From the NCBI RefSeq assembly GCF_001194135.2, contig NC_068981.1:150145105-150194036 (forward strand): a stretch of DNA of 48,932 nt, written 5' to 3'. The notes beneath the pieces were generated by a model. It made no database searches, was not told where the DNA came from, and worked only from the letters and a program-made list of their open reading frames with translations. Within the stretch, counting starts at the first letter, position 1, and the number at the start of each line of letters is the position of its first letter. Both the position numbers and the translations under genes were made by a program. Positions 48,810 through 48,932 of the stretch are shown in pieces. The DNA comes from Octopus bimaculoides. Taxonomy: Eukaryota.

Positions 48810-48865
<56 letters not shown>

Positions 48866-48921
48866 AAGCTGGCAGAACGTTAGCACACCAGACAAAATGC
48901 TTAGCGGCATTTCGTCCGTCA
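48866..48921 (+). mobile_element. SINE family A 5' fragment after (TTA)n(GTA)n
   Basis: GCTGGCAGAACGTTAGCACACCAGACAAAATGCTTAGCGGCATTTCGTCCGTC. Confidence 0.85.
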
Positions 48922-48932
48922 TTAATTACATT

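Overview
Eukaryotic, AT-rich, repeat-dense and apparently intronic or intergenic DNA from a draft assembly. It has 17 N-gaps (about 5 kb), nearly all at microsatellites. The SINE families resemble those I associate with octopod cephalopods; this is recall, not a database result. No host gene can be called, and most ORFs in the track are artefacts of N-runs or simple repeats. Supportable content: (1) a full-length 3053 bp Chapaev3/CMC-like DNA transposon with 12-bp TIRs, a 3-bp TSD and a disrupted DDE transposase (42511-45563); (2) a Helitron Rep remnant with its 3' hairpin, enclosed by a near-perfect 96-bp inverted repeat (20322-21582); (3) four 3' fragments of R4/Dong-type RLE retrotransposons, two stacked head-to-tail in (TAA)n tracts; (4) a mariner remnant and a mariner-type MITE; (5) many copies of three SINE or SINE-like families; (6) an inverted pair of hammerhead-like motifs (16496-16677); (7) several long fold-back palindromes and two minisatellites. 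I cannot demonstrate a new biological system here. The best leads are the inverted-repeat-enclosed Helitron, the hammerhead-like pair, microsatellite-targeted retroelement stacking, and the density of potential long dsRNA structures.
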